A stretch of DNA of 64,000 nt from an uncultured bacterium. GTDB taxonomy: Bacteria > Patescibacteriota > Microgenomatia > Levybacterales > UBA12049. The position numbers were made by a program, and so were the translations under genes. Positions 26,277-35,837 of this stretch are shown here, one piece after another. Under the pieces are notes generated by a model. The model was not told where the DNA came from. It made no database searches and saw only the letters and a program-made list of their open reading frames with translations. Every line of letters starts with the position of its first letter. Position 1 is the first letter of the stretch. The DNA is taken from contig CAWGXL010000011.1 of the NCBI GenBank assembly GCA_963826535.1, positions 256,809-320,808 of the forward strand. The letters are read 5' to 3'.

Positions 26277-27341
26277 ATGGACATTCCCGGCCTGCGGCTT
26301 TGGAATCAACATCTAACGGGCGAAAAATTTGATGATGCACGCGATGTTGTGGACTGGCTCGGCGCAGTACAGGCGCAGGATTATGCGGCGGCAAAGTGGG
26401 CGCTTGGAATGCGTATGCAAAACGCAAATGATGCCGATATAGAAAAAGCTTTTAATAATGGCGCAATACTCCGGACACATGTGATGCGGCCGACTTGGCA
26501 TTTTGTCATGCCATCTGACATTGACTGGATGCTCGAGTTAACCAGTGCGCGGGTGAAGTCTATAATGGGTCATTATAATCGCAAACTAGAACTGACTGAT
26601 GAATTATTTAAAAAATGTAATTTGGTGATTGCAAATGCACTGCAAGGCAGAAAACATTTGACCAGGCAAGAAATAGCACATCAGCTGGAAAATAATAAAA
26701 TCCAGGCTCACGGCCAGAGACTGGGACACATTGTAATGAACGCTGAACTGGACAGCGTGATCTGCAGCGGTCCAAGACGAGGCAAACAGTTTACTTATGC
26801 GCTATTGGAGGAACGCGTGCCAAAGGTAAAAAAAATAGATCGAAACGAGGCTCTTGCTAGGCTAGCTTTTAAATATTTTAATAGCCACGGGCCGGCACAA
26901 TTGAAAGATTTTGCCTGGTGGTCCGGATTAACAATGAAAGAGGCACTTGCGGGGTTAGACGGGGTTAAATCAAAATTGGTTCAGGAAACACAAGACGCGA
27001 AGACTTATTGGTTATCGCCGAATACGAGAATTACAAAACAAAAAAAGCTCGCTGCTTTTTTGTTATCGATTTATGATGAGTACACAATCGCGTATAAAGA
27101 CAGAAGCGCTTTAGGTGACGGGCGATATTTCGAGAAGCTGATTTTAATGGGGAACGCACTTACGTCTGTAATTATAATTGAGGGCAAAATAGTTGGAACT
27201 TGGAAAAGAGTTTTAAAGAAAAACCAGGTTGAAATAAAATTAAGTCCGTTCAGGAAGTTAAATAATTCTGAACAAAAAGCTCTCGCGCTTGCATCCAATA
27301 GCTATAGTAAATTTATTGGCTTACCTTCTGTTTTGTCCTAA
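26277..27341 (+). CDS. Winged-helix DNA-binding protein, YcaQ/AlkZ-like (DNA glycosylase family)
   Basis: N-terminal RLWNQHL...AVQAQDY..ALGMR motif pattern of the YcaQ family. Confidence 0.5.
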   Translation: MDIPGLRLWNQHLTGEKFDDARDVVDWLGAVQAQDYAAAKWALGMRMQNANDADIEKAFNNGAILRTHVMRPTWHFVMPSDIDWMLELTSARVKSIMGHYNRKLELTDELFKKCNLVIANALQGRKHLTRQEIAHQLENNKIQAHGQRLGHIVMNAELDSVICSGPRRGKQFTYALLEERVPKVKKIDRNEALARLAFKYFNSHGPAQLKDFAWWSGLTMKEALAGLDGVKSKLVQETQDAKTYWLSPNTRITKQKKLAAFLLSIYDEYTIAYKDRSALGDGRYFEKLILMGNALTSVIIIEGKIVGTWKRVLKKNQVEIKLSPFRKLNNSEQKALALASNSYSKFIGLPSVLS

Positions 27342-27393
27342 TTGAACAGTAAAAATAATATAAAATTTTGCTATAATAGAAAAGGAGAATTTA

Positions 27394-27672
27394 ATGTGTA
27401 GAAACATCAAAACACTTTTTAATTTTGATCCGCCGGCAAATGACAAAGAGATCAGAGAAGCTTCGCTTCAATTCGTAAGAAAAATCTCAGGGTTTCACAA
27501 TCCCTCAAAAGTAAACGAAGCGGCGATTAATCGGGCGGTTGATAAAGTGGCGGAAGCCTCTCAAAATTTAATTGACTCTCTTGTAACCAACGCGCCTCCG
27601 CGGGACCGTGAAGTTGAAGCAAAGCGTGCGCATGAAAGAGCTGTGGCGAGATTTGGAATTCATAAGCATTAG
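27394..27672 (+). CDS. DUF2277-family protein
   Basis: MCRNIKTLFNFDPPA...PPRDREVEA conserved pattern. Confidence 0.55.
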   Translation: MCRNIKTLFNFDPPANDKEIREASLQFVRKISGFHNPSKVNEAAINRAVDKVAEASQNLIDSLVTNAPPRDREVEAKRAHERAVARFGIHKH

Positions 27673-27695
27673 GGTTTAAAAATGTAGAAAATAGA

Positions 27696-27989
27696 TTGAG
27701 CGAGATGAAAGGAAAAACATATTCCGTAACTGCAAAGCTTCAGATATTTGAGGAATATACAGCGCCTTGGACATACTTGCCTATCCCATTTGATAAAGTC
27801 CCTGACGTTGACCCGGGCGGATGGGGAAGTATTCCTGTAAATGCAACAATTGGAAAAACTACCTGGAAAACCTCCCTCTTCCCTCTTCCAAAAAAAGAAG
27901 GCTATTTTCTTCCTGTCAAAAAACAAATCCTGAAAAAAGAGAATCTCCATGTTGGAGACAAGGTTACGGTGACCTATTCAGCAGTTTAA
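27696..27989 (+). CDS. DUF1905-family protein
   Basis: Roughly 95 aa with a GxxPV..IG..TW.TSL pattern. Confidence 0.5.
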   Translation: MSEMKGKTYSVTAKLQIFEEYTAPWTYLPIPFDKVPDVDPGGWGSIPVNATIGKTTWKTSLFPLPKKEGYFLPVKKQILKKENLHVGDKVTVTYSAV

Positions 27990-28102
27990 AAAAACTAAAT
28001 GATCGAGTAAAATCTATGGATAAGTCCTGAAGTTAGAAGCCATTTAACAACGGAGTTGGAGTTTTTCTGCACGAATATTAAAACTTAAAGAGATTTTAGA
28101 TT

Positions 28103-29257
28103 ATGTCCTATTTAATAAAGGGAAAATACAGAAATGTTACAAGTTATTTGAGGGAACGCTTAAGCCCTAGAAATATCATAGGATTATCTTCGTCCGGAAA
28201 TATAGATGATGAGCTTTGGATTTTGTTGGAATACTATTCAGAAGTTGATGATGTTGGATTAAAGTTCTTAAAAACATTAGGTATTTCAAATAATCTAATA
28301 AGGAAACGGACTTTTAAAACATTTCAAGGATTTGTTAGGCAGGCAAAAAATTATTATTACTCTGCAAAAACATTGCATCCTCGTTCATCTGGATTGCTCT
28401 ATTATTACTGCTTCTTAAACTTAGCGAAAGCGGCATTAGTTATTAAGGATCCTACCATTCGGGGAAAATTTATTCCTCATGGATTAAAATATAAGATCTC
28501 CAATAATTCGAGATTTGCTGAGCAAACGGTCTCTTTAGGGTCTAGTGGAGTTTTCGATAGATTTTACGAATGGTATTTTGATACGCCAATTACTCATCGA
28601 TCATTTAATATTCAAACATTGCTTAATTATTGTACTGATATTGGGTATCAGTGTCAGATATCGGGAATAAAGCAACCAAAAATAGTTTACGGATATGCCG
28701 TTAGCGCAATGGATGAAAAAAATATAACAAATTGGTCAATAGTGGGCTTTTATGAATTAAACGAAGTTTTAAAATACAAAAAGGCCATGAGGCCTTTCTT
28801 CGGTGTATTTGAAAAAATCGATTTACCAGAGCCTGATGCGCGTGAGATGTTTGATATAAGTCAGCCAGCATTATCACGGGTCAGTTTTTTTCAAAGCATA
28901 AATGTGAAAAAATGGTTATCAAATGACACACCGGATTATCTAACTGTACGATCTGAGGCTATACAATCACTACGTAACATTTTACAAATAAATTATTTTA
29001 AATCAAATTTTGATTTTATACTGAGTTTACCATACAAGTTTAATAAACAAATAAGGATAGATGAAACGATTGCGATATATTTAGTTATGTATTACATTTC
29101 TAACTTAGTTAGATATAAACCAGAATACTTAGAAAATTTGCTTGATACCAAAGAATCATGGTTAATAGAAAGTTTTATAAAATCATGCCCGGTGACTTTC
29201 TTAAGAAGTATTATTTCAAGAATTATAAGAACAGATTATGTATTTGAAAATAGATAA
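28103..29257 (+). CDS. YaaC-like family protein (putative); the local sequence is AT-richer than its surroundings
   Basis: SSGLLYYYCFLNLAKAAL and YLVMYYISNLVRYKPE resemble YaaC family motifs. Confidence 0.4.
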   Translation: MSYLIKGKYRNVTSYLRERLSPRNIIGLSSSGNIDDELWILLEYYSEVDDVGLKFLKTLGISNNLIRKRTFKTFQGFVRQAKNYYYSAKTLHPRSSGLLYYYCFLNLAKAALVIKDPTIRGKFIPHGLKYKISNNSRFAEQTVSLGSSGVFDRFYEWYFDTPITHRSFNIQTLLNYCTDIGYQCQISGIKQPKIVYGYAVSAMDEKNITNWSIVGFYELNEVLKYKKAMRPFFGVFEKIDLPEPDAREMFDISQPALSRVSFFQSINVKKWLSNDTPDYLTVRSEAIQSLRNILQINYFKSNFDFILSLPYKFNKQIRIDETIAIYLVMYYISNLVRYKPEYLENLLDTKESWLIESFIKSCPVTFLRSIISRIIRTDYVFENR

Positions 29258-29375
29258 TATGAAGATCAAATCTTGAGATTAGAGCTACTAATTTATTATA
29301 GGTCTACAGAATTCTTACAAAATTATTACTTTATATGCCTTGACAGGAATATTTCTTTTGTAGTATATTCATATC

Positions 29376-29699
29376 ATGAATCCTACAACTTTTAGCGCAC
29401 TCGCTGAGCCGCATAGACTCGAAATAGTTGAACTGCTTCGTGACGGGCCGCGGCCTGTTAATGAACTGGTAGATAGACTGCGCCTCAATCAACCGCAAGT
29501 TTCTAAACATCTACGTGTACTAGCTGACGCAGGGCTGGTGGAAGTAAAACCACTTGCGCAAAAGCGTATTTATGCGCTGCAACCAAAGCCCTTCCTGGAA
29601 CTTGAAGTTTGGTTGAAAAAAATGAAGCATTTATGGAGCGGGAGATTCGACAAACTTGATGAGGTATTGAGGGGTGGTGAAAAAAATGACAGAAGATAA
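29376..29699 (+). CDS. ArsR/SmtB-family transcriptional regulator
   Basis: HRLEIVELLRDGPRPVNELVDRLRLNQPQVSKHLRVLADAGLV HTH. A TTGACA-17-TAGTAT promoter lies upstream. Confidence 0.8.
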   Translation: MNPTTFSALAEPHRLEIVELLRDGPRPVNELVDRLRLNQPQVSKHLRVLADAGLVEVKPLAQKRIYALQPKPFLELEVWLKKMKHLWSGRFDKLDEVLRGGEKNDRR

Positions 29700-30189
29700 A
29701 AATGTATTAGTTATAACACGTGTATTTGATGCACCGGTTGAGAAAGTTTGGAAGTATTGGACGGATGAGCAGTTGATGAAGAAATGGTGGGGACCGAAAG
29801 ACTTTACAGCGCCACATGCCAGTATTGATTTTCGCGTTGGAGGCAAGTATTTAAATTGTATGCGAGGAGCAGCGGAACCCGGCGGAGCTGTAAAAGATTT
29901 CTGGAGTACAGGAATTTATAAAGAAATCGTACCGATGAAAAAAATCGTCGTTACAGACAGTTTCGCGGATGAGAAAGGTAATGTCGTTCCGGCAACAGAG
30001 TATGGTATGAAAGGATTCCCATTGGAGTTAGAAGTAACAATTGAGTTTGAAGACATGGGGGATAAAACTAAAATGACCTTGAGACATGCCGGTATCGCAA
30101 ATATTGATGATGCGATGCGAACAGGCATGACACAAGGATGGAACCAGTCGTTTGATAAGATGGCTGAAGCGTTGAATGGGAAAAAGTAA
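29674..30189 (+). CDS. SRPBCC / AHSA1-like domain protein
   Basis: Commonly co-occurs with ArsR. VFDAPVEKVWKYWTDEQLMKKWWGP motif. Confidence 0.7.
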   Translation: MVKKMTEDKNVLVITRVFDAPVEKVWKYWTDEQLMKKWWGPKDFTAPHASIDFRVGGKYLNCMRGAAEPGGAVKDFWSTGIYKEIVPMKKIVVTDSFADEKGNVVPATEYGMKGFPLELEVTIEFEDMGDKTKMTLRHAGIANIDDAMRTGMTQGWNQSFDKMAEALNGKK

Positions 30190-30194
30190 TGGGT

Positions 30195-30216
30195 GGCGGT
30201 GTTGTCCGCCTTTTTC
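30195..30216 (+). terminator. Rho-independent terminator GGCGG-tgttgt-CCGCC-TTTTT
   Basis: Read directly after the 30189 stop. Confidence 0.6.
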
Positions 30217-30312
30217 TTACCTCAAGCCTTTTCAGTACTATTCCCGCCAAAGGCGGGCAGGCGTACACGGCTTGAGGAGCGAAAAGCAAGAGAGTCTAAA
30301 GGGGGTGGAAAT

Positions 30313-30837
30313 ATGGCAGTGAATACAAAACAAAAAATTACGGCTTTTTTATGGTTTGATAAGAATGCGGAAGAGGCGATGAAGTATTATGTTTCCGTAT
30401 TCAGCAATAATCCAGCCGCAAAAAGCAAGTCAAAAATCCTAAGTATTACCCGTTATCCTGAAGGAAAGCAGGTAGGTCCGATGAAAGATATGCAAGGGAA
30501 AGTTTTGACAGGTGTTTTTGAGCTCGAAGGACAGCGATTTATGGCACTTGACGGAGGGCCAATTTTTAAATTCACAGAGGCTACCTCATTCTATGTGGAA
30601 TGCGATAGTCAAAAAGAAGTGGATTACTTTTGGAAAAAAATCTCTCACGCTCCCGCGTCAGAACAGTGCGGGTGGTTGAAAGATAAGTATGGATTATCCT
30701 GGCAAATTATCCCTAAACAATTAGGCAAGTTGCTAACTGACAAAGATAAAGAAAAAGCCGGGAGAGTCATGAATGTGATGCTTAAGATGAAGAAGATTGT
30801 GATTGCTGATTTGGAGAAAGCATATAGGGGTAAGTAG
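30313..30837 (+). CDS. VOC-superfamily (PhnB-like / 3-demethylubiquinone methyltransferase-like) protein
   Basis: MAVNTKQKITAFLWFDKNAEEAMKYY... preceded by an AAAGGGGGTGG ribosome-binding site. Confidence 0.6.
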   Translation: MAVNTKQKITAFLWFDKNAEEAMKYYVSVFSNNPAAKSKSKILSITRYPEGKQVGPMKDMQGKVLTGVFELEGQRFMALDGGPIFKFTEATSFYVECDSQKEVDYFWKKISHAPASEQCGWLKDKYGLSWQIIPKQLGKLLTDKDKEKAGRVMNVMLKMKKIVIADLEKAYRGK

Positions 30838-30848
30838 AGGAGAAAAAT

Positions 30849-31505
30849 ATGGCGGCTAACAAATCACGCATAAACGCAAAGTTTTTTATTGCAGGTATTA
30901 TCGCAGGACCCCTTTTTGTGGTAGGGTCGGTTCTTCATGGTCTCATGCGCGAGGGGTTTGATATGGTACGGCATCCTGCGAGCCTCCTTTCTTTAGGCGA
31001 CTGGGGATGGGTTCAGATAGCAGTTTTTATTTTGAGCGGTCTTTTATACATTTCTTTCGCAATAGGCTTAGGACGAGTATTGACATCCGGTATCGGCAGG
31101 CAATGGTTATCCCCTCTCTTTATTATTCTTGGAGTTGCACTCATTGCGGGTGGAATCTTTACTGCTGATCCCAGTCTTGGTTTTCCGCCGGGCGCAGCAG
31201 TTGGCGTTCCAAAAGAAATGAGTTGGCACTCAATGGTCCATGGTTTTGCTCCGATTGTTGGTTCTCTGGCATTATTAGCAGCACAGTTAATTCTCGCAAG
31301 ACGATTTGGGTCAAAAAAACTGCGGGGATGGATGTGGACTACTATTATTGTGGCCATCGCTAGCTTTGTCCTGAGTTCAATTCCCAGCATTACAGCTGAT
31401 TGGGAAACAGGGAGATTTAATTTTATACCGCTGTGGGTTGGAGTAGCAATTAGCTATGGGTATACTTCCGTCGTTATAGCAAAACTGAAAAAGGAGTTGT
31501 TATGA
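30849..31505 (+). CDS. DUF998-like membrane protein
   Basis: Six hydrophobic helices. Confidence 0.45.
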   Translation: MAANKSRINAKFFIAGIIAGPLFVVGSVLHGLMREGFDMVRHPASLLSLGDWGWVQIAVFILSGLLYISFAIGLGRVLTSGIGRQWLSPLFIILGVALIAGGIFTADPSLGFPPGAAVGVPKEMSWHSMVHGFAPIVGSLALLAAQLILARRFGSKKLRGWMWTTIIVAIASFVLSSIPSITADWETGRFNFIPLWVGVAISYGYTSVVIAKLKKELL

Positions 31506-31575
31506 ATAAAGCAAACTAGAGGAGAATAAATATGGCGAAGATAAAATGCCGTAGAGCATTTGCTATAATCGCCTT

Positions 31576-31977
31576 ATGGATCTCATCGATAAGATAGCGT
31601 GGATCTATATAAAAGAGCGGAAAATTCTTTCTACTCGATCTAAAGGAAAAGACGCATGGTATATTCCGGGCGGGAAACGGGAAGGAAAAGAAACAGACGA
31701 ACAAGCATTAGTACGAGAGATTAAAGAGGAACTTACGGTAGATTTAGTTCTTGAAACAATTCAATACTTGGATACATTTAAAGCTCAAGCGCACGGAAAA
31801 CCGGAGGGAGTTTTCGTGCAAATGACCTGTTATACAGCAGATTATGAAGGACAATTAGCTCCTTCAGCCGAGATTACAGAGTTGGCTTGGCTCATGTCAG
31901 ACACCAATTCTGCTCTTCTTTCTCCTGTTGATAGAATTATATTTGCATATTTAAATGAGAACAATCTAATTGATTGA
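31576..31977 (+). CDS. NUDIX hydrolase
   Basis: Nudix box GGKREGKETDEQALVREIKEELTV. Confidence 0.8.
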   Translation: MDLIDKIAWIYIKERKILSTRSKGKDAWYIPGGKREGKETDEQALVREIKEELTVDLVLETIQYLDTFKAQAHGKPEGVFVQMTCYTADYEGQLAPSAEITELAWLMSDTNSALLSPVDRIIFAYLNENNLID

Positions 31978-32008
31978 GGATCAGATTTTTTGGAAAGGAG
32001 GTGAAATA

Positions 32009-32425
32009 ATGACACAAATTAATGCTTATTTGAAATTCAACGGCAATACACGCGAAGCTTTTGAATTTTATAAAGCATGTTTGGGAGGAGAACTTACGTT
32101 ACAAGCTGTAAGTGATTCGCCAATGGCAGATCAAATGCCAAAGGACGCGAAAGATAAAATAATACATGCAAAGCTTGTAAAAGACGGATTGGTGATTATG
32201 GGTTCTGACATGATGGGAGACGAGGGACAATTTATAAAGGGTAATAATATTTATCTCTGTATTAATGGAGGCACAGTCGAAGAGTTAAAAACCTATTTTG
32301 CAAAGCTTTCCGCAGGGGGAAACATTACACAGGAATTGAAAGAGGCATTCTTCGGGACATTTGGTGAGCTGACCGATAAATTTGGAATGCAATGGATGTT
32401 TCAGGCTGACAAGCCGAAAGAATAA
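32009..32425 (+). CDS. VOC-family (glyoxalase / PhnB-like) protein
   Basis: MTQINAYLKFNGNTREAFEFYKACLGG. Confidence 0.65.
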   Translation: MTQINAYLKFNGNTREAFEFYKACLGGELTLQAVSDSPMADQMPKDAKDKIIHAKLVKDGLVIMGSDMMGDEGQFIKGNNIYLCINGGTVEELKTYFAKLSAGGNITQELKEAFFGTFGELTDKFGMQWMFQADKPKE

Positions 32426-32582
32426 TCCGATTACGGGAAGAAATATTAACATGCTTATTGATACCGTTGACGAGAGCAATATTGTGGTAATGCTGTGGGA
32501 TTTGAGGATAATAAATAAATAAAAATTGCAAAACACATAAAGTTGTGTATACTAAAGTAAGGATATTTAAATAAATATTTCT

Positions 32583-32891
32583 ATGACAAAAAACCCTTTT
32601 ATTAATGCTATTGCAGCACTCATATATATAACTTTAATCGCTTCATTTATGTTTTATGGAACAAAGCATGCTTCCGGCACACCGGAATCAATAATTATCC
32701 CAATAGCTATGCTCTCACTCTTTACACTTTCTGCGGCTGTGATGGGTTACGTATTTCTCTCTAAACCTCTTCTGCTTTATCTGGATGGCAAAAAGAAAGA
32801 GGCAGTAAAACTTTTTCTACATACAGTAGCTGTTTTTGCGGTAATCACTGCTATTGCTATGGCTTTACTCTTCTCAGGGATCTCGTTTTAA
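32583..32891 (+). CDS. Small membrane protein
   Basis: Three hydrophobic helices. Confidence 0.4.
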   Translation: MTKNPFINAIAALIYITLIASFMFYGTKHASGTPESIIIPIAMLSLFTLSAAVMGYVFLSKPLLLYLDGKKKEAVKLFLHTVAVFAVITAIAMALLFSGISF

Positions 32892-32965
32892 AGTGGCAAA
32901 TACAACTAGACTGAGCAACTCCATGGAACTTCTATAGATTTTTCATATTCTGTTATAATCGCATC

Positions 32966-33544
32966 ATGAAAGAAAAACTTTTTGAAATACCAATCATAGA
33001 TTCTAATATGACATTAGAAGAGGCATTAAAAATTGACCAAAAATTATCAGCTCCCCAAGAAATCTTGGAGAAGCAAAGGATTGTAGAAGTCCAATATTTC
33101 TCGTTTGATAGAACACTACACAAGGGACAAATCGTGGTACATGTAGATCTTGTTGAGGACGTTGGGGAAGCGTTTGATATTATTAGAAAATCACGATTCC
33201 CAGTCTTTTCAGTTATACCTGTAGCGCATAAAAAGTTTATGTGGGACGACAAAAAATCCATGCTCCAAAATAACTCTTCCGGATTTAATTATCGCACAAT
33301 TGCCAAAACTAATCGACTTTCAAACCATGCCTTTGGAAAAGCAATAGATATTAACCCAGCCATAAACCCTTATATGCTAACTGGCTATAGATTTCCTGAA
33401 GATGTAGATTATGATCCCACAGTACCAGGAACAATAATTGCCAACAGTCCACTGGTCGCATATTTTAAAAAAAATGGTTGGGTTTGGGGAGGTGAATGGA
33501 CAGATATTAAGGATTACCAGCATTTTGAAAAACCTATTGTTTAA
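32966..33544 (+). CDS. M15-family D-Ala-D-Ala carboxypeptidase (VanY-like)
   Basis: HAFGKAIDINP ... WVWGGEW...DYQHFE metal-binding motifs. Confidence 0.7.
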   Translation: MKEKLFEIPIIDSNMTLEEALKIDQKLSAPQEILEKQRIVEVQYFSFDRTLHKGQIVVHVDLVEDVGEAFDIIRKSRFPVFSVIPVAHKKFMWDDKKSMLQNNSSGFNYRTIAKTNRLSNHAFGKAIDINPAINPYMLTGYRFPEDVDYDPTVPGTIIANSPLVAYFKKNGWVWGGEWTDIKDYQHFEKPIV

Positions 33545-33557
33545 AACTTATTTTAAG

Positions 33558-34061
33558 TTAAGCTTTAGATTTAGATTTGAGGAAGAAGGAAATTATGGCG
33601 GCGTAGATGGTGCCGAAGATGAGGGATGCAAAGAATTGTACTAACATATCCACTCCGATTACCATTGCATCACTTGCGCCAGGCATGTTGTATGCAGTTC
33701 GGACAAAATTTAATATTCCAGGATTGATGAGTGTGTAATAAGCCAAAAATATAAAAGGGGAAACAATAGCAAAAACAAGTGATATTTTAAATCCTTCAAC
33801 CAAACCTTGTTTGAAGGTCAATTTATTTTTATGCATTTTTTTCTTAGCTTTTATTCCCAAATACCAAACTACTGCCGGTGCTATGAACTGGTAAATTACA
33901 AAAAGAGGAGATTTTTCATCAAATGACTCTTTCTGACCTGTAACTTCCATCAGCAGAAGACAGACTACAAGTACGCAAACCAAGATCAAGCCATATTTTA
34001 CATAATTGAGCTGCAACAGTTTCATATAAGTTAGGATAACATATTCTTTTGTAAAGCTCAA
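33558..34061 (-). CDS. Membrane protein
   Basis: Multiple TM helices. Confidence 0.45.
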   Translation of the reverse strand: MSFTKEYVILTYMKLLQLNYVKYGLILVCVLVVCLLLMEVTGQKESFDEKSPLFVIYQFIAPAVVWYLGIKAKKKMHKNKLTFKQGLVEGFKISLVFAIVSPFIFLAYYTLINPGILNFVRTAYNMPGASDAMVIGVDMLVQFFASLIFGTIYAAIISFFLKSKSKA

Positions 34062-34063
34062 CT

Positions 34064-34435
34064 TTAAATGAGTATTATTTTTTTATCTCTGATTTGTCCC
34101 AGGTGGGTATCTTTAAAGCTAGTAGTTTTTTTTAGTCCGAACCCACAAGCCCGGTCAAGTCCCACATGAGCGATAAATACAAGGCCCACTAATATAGTTA
34201 ACTGATTGCTTAAGAGATGTCCTAAAAAAACAATAAGAATTCCGACAACATAGTTGTGCATGAAGTTATAAATATAAGCTCCGATCTTATTATTTTTCAA
34301 ATACCCAAGCATTGAAATGTCGGGAAGGAGAAGCAAGATGACAAAAAGCAGCCAATCCCCTCCTAGTTTAAAATATATAAAGAGAGCGCACAGGAAAATG
34401 AATATGCTCTCTGTTTTTAAAATTGTTTTAATCAT
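34064..34435 (-). CDS. DUF4260-like small membrane protein
   Basis: Start trimmed to the internal Met MIKTILK to avoid overlap with the 34521 gene. HVGLDRACGFGLK at the C-terminus. Confidence 0.5.
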   Translation of the reverse strand: MIKTILKTESIFIFLCALFIYFKLGGDWLLFVILLLLPDISMLGYLKNNKIGAYIYNFMHNYVVGILIVFLGHLLSNQLTILVGLVFIAHVGLDRACGFGLKKTTSFKDTHLGQIRDKKIILI

Positions 34436-34520
34436 TAATCCAAATATATCATATTCAGCGGTTTGGATGATTGGAAAACTATAGGAATAAATTAGTTTTT
34501 TTGTTATACTTAGAAATAAA

Positions 34521-35093
34521 ATGAGAAAAATAATTGTATTTAATTTGTTATCAGTTGATGGATTCTTTGCCGGGACGGATGGGAATATTGACTGGCATGT
34601 TGTTGACGCAGAATTCAATAAAGCGGCAGTTGAGATGATCAAGCCTTTTGACACTATATTATTTGGACGAGTCACCTATCAACTGTTTGAAAGTTATTGG
34701 CCAGGTGCGGCACGCGATCCGGCAACTTCAAAAGAAGACCGAATTATTGCCAATAAGATAAATAGAATGACCAAAGTTGTTTTTTCAAAAACTCTAGACA
34801 CAGTTACATGGAATAATTCGAAATTGATTAAAGGTGATATTGGGAAAGAAGTCAAAAAATTAAAGCATACGACCGGACTCGATATCGTGATATACGGAAG
34901 CGGGACTATTGTGCAGCAATTAGCGAATCTTGGCTTAATTGATGAATACAGACTTTTAGTTAATCCCGTTATCTTAGGCCGAGGTAAACCAATGTTTAAA
35001 GAGGTAAAAGATAAACTTAACCTAAAACTTTTAAAAACAAAAACGTTTAAATCAGGGAACGTTTTACTTTGTTACCGGCCGAAAAGGGCTTAA
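34521..35093 (+). CDS. Dihydrofolate reductase-like (RibD C-terminal domain) protein
   Basis: MRKIIVFNLLSVDGFFAG...ILFGRVTYQLFESYWP. Confidence 0.7.
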   Translation: MRKIIVFNLLSVDGFFAGTDGNIDWHVVDAEFNKAAVEMIKPFDTILFGRVTYQLFESYWPGAARDPATSKEDRIIANKINRMTKVVFSKTLDTVTWNNSKLIKGDIGKEVKKLKHTTGLDIVIYGSGTIVQQLANLGLIDEYRLLVNPVILGRGKPMFKEVKDKLNLKLLKTKTFKSGNVLLCYRPKRA

Positions 35094-35189
35094 GTACTAT
35101 TAATGGTCTGATCTTTACGATAAGACTAACACTCCTCTTTCCAAATTCTCACAGAATTCATATTCCACTTTATTAAAAACAGTATATAC

Positions 35190-35774
35190 ATGAATGCTAA
35201 ACATATAAAAGGTATAAAAATAATGAGTTTAAAACTCAGTCGGGAGATTGCAAAGGCTGATAAAATCCTTTACGACGCTGCTACACACAGGATAAAAGCG
35301 ATAACTGTTGCCGGAGGTGATAACGAAATCAGGTTAATTCTTTTTGGTGATATCAAAAAAATAGGACAGGACGCTGTGATGGTAGAGTCGGACACAGCAA
35401 TTAAGAACCTTTCAGAAGTCGGTCGCCCGATGGAACGCATGGTAAAGGATAAATTGTATCTGATCAATACATCTGTAATTACAGAAGACGGTGTACAGCT
35501 TGGAAAAATAGCTGACTTCTCCTTTATTCCGGCAACAGGGATTGTCGAAGAAATCGAAATTACAAAAGGGCCAATCGAAGATCTAAAGACAGGCCGGAAT
35601 AAAATTCAAGGAAAGAATATTGTAAAGATAGGACAAAATACCACGATTGTAAGCCATTACATTGATGAGCAATTAGCCGGTCAACCAAAAAGAGGCTTGC
35701 ATGGCATGCTTGGAGGCATGCAGAAAAAGGTAGCAGACGCACAAAAAAAGGTTTCCCCAAAAAGCCACAAGTAA
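35190..35774 (+). CDS. Hypothetical protein (possible tandem PRC-barrel)
   Basis: Two similar ~80-aa halves. Confidence 0.35.
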   Translation: MNAKHIKGIKIMSLKLSREIAKADKILYDAATHRIKAITVAGGDNEIRLILFGDIKKIGQDAVMVESDTAIKNLSEVGRPMERMVKDKLYLINTSVITEDGVQLGKIADFSFIPATGIVEEIEITKGPIEDLKTGRNKIQGKNIVKIGQNTTIVSHYIDEQLAGQPKRGLHGMLGGMQKKVADAQKKVSPKSHK

Positions 35775-35837
35775 AAGGGTAATATAAATTTAACGAAATT
35801 TTTACCCATCTGTATTTGCTATAATTGTCACATACAA

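Noticed and set aside
30217-30312. Assignment of the structured leader to a known riboswitch class (fluoride, preQ1, SAM-II, glycine)
   Set aside because: None of the diagnostic conserved nucleotides or pseudoknot arrangements I know for those classes are present. Kept only as a generic structured-leader candidate.
34064-34675. Long 203-aa minus-strand ORF overlapping the DHFR-like gene
   Set aside because: The N-terminal 80 codons overlap the 34521 gene start and are low-complexity. The internal Met (MIKTILK) gives a DUF4260-sized 124-aa membrane protein, annotated as 34064-34435.
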